Position numbers and translations under genes: made by a program | DNA from: an uncultured Verrucomicrobiae bacterium | Lineage (GTDB): Bacteria > Verrucomicrobiota > Verrucomicrobiia > Limisphaerales > UBA8199 | Direction of reading: 5' to 3' | DNA length: 64,000 bases | NCBI GenBank assembly: GCA_963822005.1 | Contig: CAWGGD010000015.1 | Coordinates: 479,555 to 543,554, forward strand | In this document: piece after piece, positions 62,301-64,000 of the stretch | Layout: each line of letters opens with the position of its first letter | Numbering within the stretch: the stretch's first letter is position 1 | Notes under the pieces: generated by a model | Database searches by the model: none | What the model saw: the letters and a program-made list of their open reading frames with translations, nothing else | What the model was told of the DNA's origin: nothing

Positions 62301-62406
62301 TGGGGAGGGCGAGCGTCCACGCGAGCCCAAATATTTTGGGGAAAGGGGCAGAAGTCAGGGCTCGCGGGGATGCTCGCCCTCCCCGACGACCATTTTCAAA
62401 CAGGCT
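62301..62406. repeat. Palindromic intergenic element, copy 3.
   Basis: GGGGAGGGCGAGCGTCCACGCGAGCCC ... GGGCTCGCGGGGATGCTCGCCCTCCCC with the conserved tail CCATTTTCAAACAGGCTC. Confidence 0.85.
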
Positions 62407-62444
62407 CCAAGGCATCCGACGTTGACCCTCTTTGCTCCTCGCCC

Positions 62445-63494
62445 ATGAAGGCCACCGTTGCCAGGTCCCCGTTCGGCAAGCTACCGTCCAGCCGGGCCGT
62501 TGAGCTGTTTACGCTGACGAACGCCAACGGCCTAATCGCCCGGATCACGAACTACGGCACCATCCTCACCGAACTGCACGTGCCCGACAGGAAAGGCCGC
62601 CTGGGCGACGTGGTGCTGGGGTTCGACAACCTCGGGCAGTATCTCAAGGGCCATCCCTACTTCGGCTGCACGACCGGGCGGGTGGCCAACCGCATCGCCG
62701 GCGGCAAGTTCAGGCTCGGGGGCAAGGCGTATTCGCTGGCGGTGAACAACGGCCCAAACGCGTTGCATGGGGGCAGCAAGGGTTTTGACAAGGTGCTGTG
62801 GAAAGCGACGCCACTCCGGGGGGCGACGGTGCGGTTCGATTACACCAGCGCGGATGGTGAGGAAGGTTACCCCGGCAAGCTCGCGGTGACGGTCATCCTG
62901 AAGCTGACCGACGCCAACGAGCTTCTGATTGACTACACAGCGACGACCACCAAGCCAACGCCGATCAATCTTACGAACCATTCCTACTTCAACCTGGCTG
63001 GCGGGGGCGACATCAAGGGCCACAAGCTGATGATCGCGGCGGATTTCTATACTCCGAGCGACCCGACCAATGTGCCGACGGGCGAAGTCCGCCCGGTCAA
63101 AGGCACGCCGCTCGACTTCACCAGGCCGACGGCGATTGGCGCGCGGTTTGCGAGGCTCGGCGGGAGGCCACAGGGCTATGATCACAATTTCGTTCTGCGC
63201 GGCGACGCGACGAACTCCGGCCAGCCCGCTTTCTGCGCCCGGGTGGTCGAGCCCAGGTCCGGCCGGGTGATGGAGGTTTTCACGACTGAACCGGGAGTGC
63301 AGCTTTACACTGCGAACTGGCTGGACGGCTCGCTCGTCGGCAAGGGCGGTGTTGTTTACGGCCGGCACTGCGGCCTCTGTCTTGAAGCCCAGCACTTCCC
63401 GAACTCGATCAACGTCCCGCATTTCCCCGGCACGGTTCTGCGCCCCGGCGAGACCTATCGCCAGTTGACCATCCACCGATTCTCCACTCTCTGA
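62445..63494 (+). CDS. galM: Aldose 1-epimerase (galactose mutarotase).
   Basis: HGG..GF...W, NHSYFNL and the overall GalM pattern. Confidence 0.8.
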   Translation: MKATVARSPFGKLPSSRAVELFTLTNANGLIARITNYGTILTELHVPDRKGRLGDVVLGFDNLGQYLKGHPYFGCTTGRVANRIAGGKFRLGGKAYSLAVNNGPNALHGGSKGFDKVLWKATPLRGATVRFDYTSADGEEGYPGKLAVTVILKLTDANELLIDYTATTTKPTPINLTNHSYFNLAGGGDIKGHKLMIAADFYTPSDPTNVPTGEVRPVKGTPLDFTRPTAIGARFARLGGRPQGYDHNFVLRGDATNSGQPAFCARVVEPRSGRVMEVFTTEPGVQLYTANWLDGSLVGKGGVVYGRHCGLCLEAQHFPNSINVPHFPGTVLRPGETYRQLTIHRFSTL

Positions 63495-63528
63495 CGCCGC
63501 ACTTATTGCCGTTCAAGCATCACGCACC

Positions 63529-64000
63529 ATGACACTCCCTGAACTCGTCCAAGCGACCGCCCATGACTTCAAGAAAGCATTCAGCCGCGACCCGCAATGG
63601 GTTGCCGCAGCGCCCGGGCGCGTGAACGTCATCGGCGAGCACACCGATTACAACGACGGTTTCGTTCTGCCGATGGCCATTGACCGTTACACGGTTATCG
63701 CCGCGTCGCCGAATGGTACGGACAAGATCACGCTTCGCAGCGCGGCCGGCGATGGCATCGCGAGCGTGGACCTGACGCAGCCACTGAAGCCCGGCCCGAA
63801 AGGCTATTGGGCGAACTACCCCATGGGCGTGATCGCCGGTTTCCTGGCGCGCGGGCTCAAGCTGGTTGGCTTCGACGCGGTGTTGCATTCCACGGTGCCG
63901 CTTGGCGGCGGGCTGTCCAGCAGCGCCGCGCTGGAGGTGGCCACGGCGACTCTGCTGGAGGCCATCACCGGCCAGAAGCTCGACCCGGTGGACAAAGCGC
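63529..64000 (+). CDS. galK: Galactokinase, N-terminal part. The gene continues past the window end.
   Basis: PGRVNVIGEHTDYNDGFVLPMAI matches the GalK/GHMP signature. Confidence 0.85.
   Translation, partial: MTLPELVQATAHDFKKAFSRDPQWVAAAPGRVNVIGEHTDYNDGFVLPMAIDRYTVIAASPNGTDKITLRSAAGDGIASVDLTQPLKPGPKGYWANYPMGVIAGFLARGLKLVGFDAVLHSTVPLGGGLSSSAALEVATATLLEAITGQKLDPVDKA

Noticed and set aside
60002-62320. A 772-aa minus-strand ORF.
   Set aside because: It is antisense to the well-supported SSS transporter. The product is Arg/His/Gly-rich and low-complexity, the typical shadow-ORF composition in high-GC DNA.

Overview
This is a high-GC (~62%) bacterial chromosomal segment. The gene content (many sulfatases, sigma-54 activators, a Tat-exported DegT aminotransferase, DUF1254/DUF1214 and DUF2961 proteins) suggests, by inference only, a PVC-type organism (Verrucomicrobia or Planctomycetes). 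The first ~27 kb is almost entirely minus-strand and encodes envelope, secreted and glycan-degrading proteins. These are organised as two partly paralogous loci. Each locus contains a sulfatase, an outer-membrane beta-barrel, a small C-terminally conserved lipoprotein, a K+-channel-like protein and a sigma-54 activator. A Mla/Pqi-type lipid-transport operon (STAS-MlaE permease, ATPase, MCE protein, PqiC-like lipoprotein) lies between the two loci. The middle of the window carries housekeeping and accessory genes: an NfeD-flotillin operon with a PLDc_N-type small protein and a beta-carbonic anhydrase, ispH, a Tat-signal DegT/DnrJ aminotransferase, a ceramidase-like gene, tRNA-Pro immediately followed by a higBA toxin-antitoxin pair, and a His6-type hisA. 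The last ~20 kb looks like a sulfated/galactose-containing glycan utilisation locus. It holds a GH33 sialidase-beta-propeller fusion, a frameshifted GH, a GH172/DUF2961 protein, two URO-D-family proteins flanking an esterase-(alpha/alpha)6 fusion, an iduronate-sulfatase-like sulfatase, an SSS symporter, and galM followed by a galK N-terminus. Several features are notable: (1) many single-base frameshifts in G/C homopolymers (sequencing error or gene decay); (2) a conserved ~25-nt leader motif upstream of three secreted-enzyme genes; (3) a ~110-bp palindromic REP/MITE-like intergenic element in three copies; (4) a decamer palindrome array next to a sigma-54 activator; (5) gene-fragment debris, including a sulfatase 5' fragment and signal-peptide-coding inverted repeats, in a 1.1-kb non-coding stretch; (6) duplicated two-gene modules of unknown function. 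No CRISPR arrays, rRNA or intact transposases were seen.
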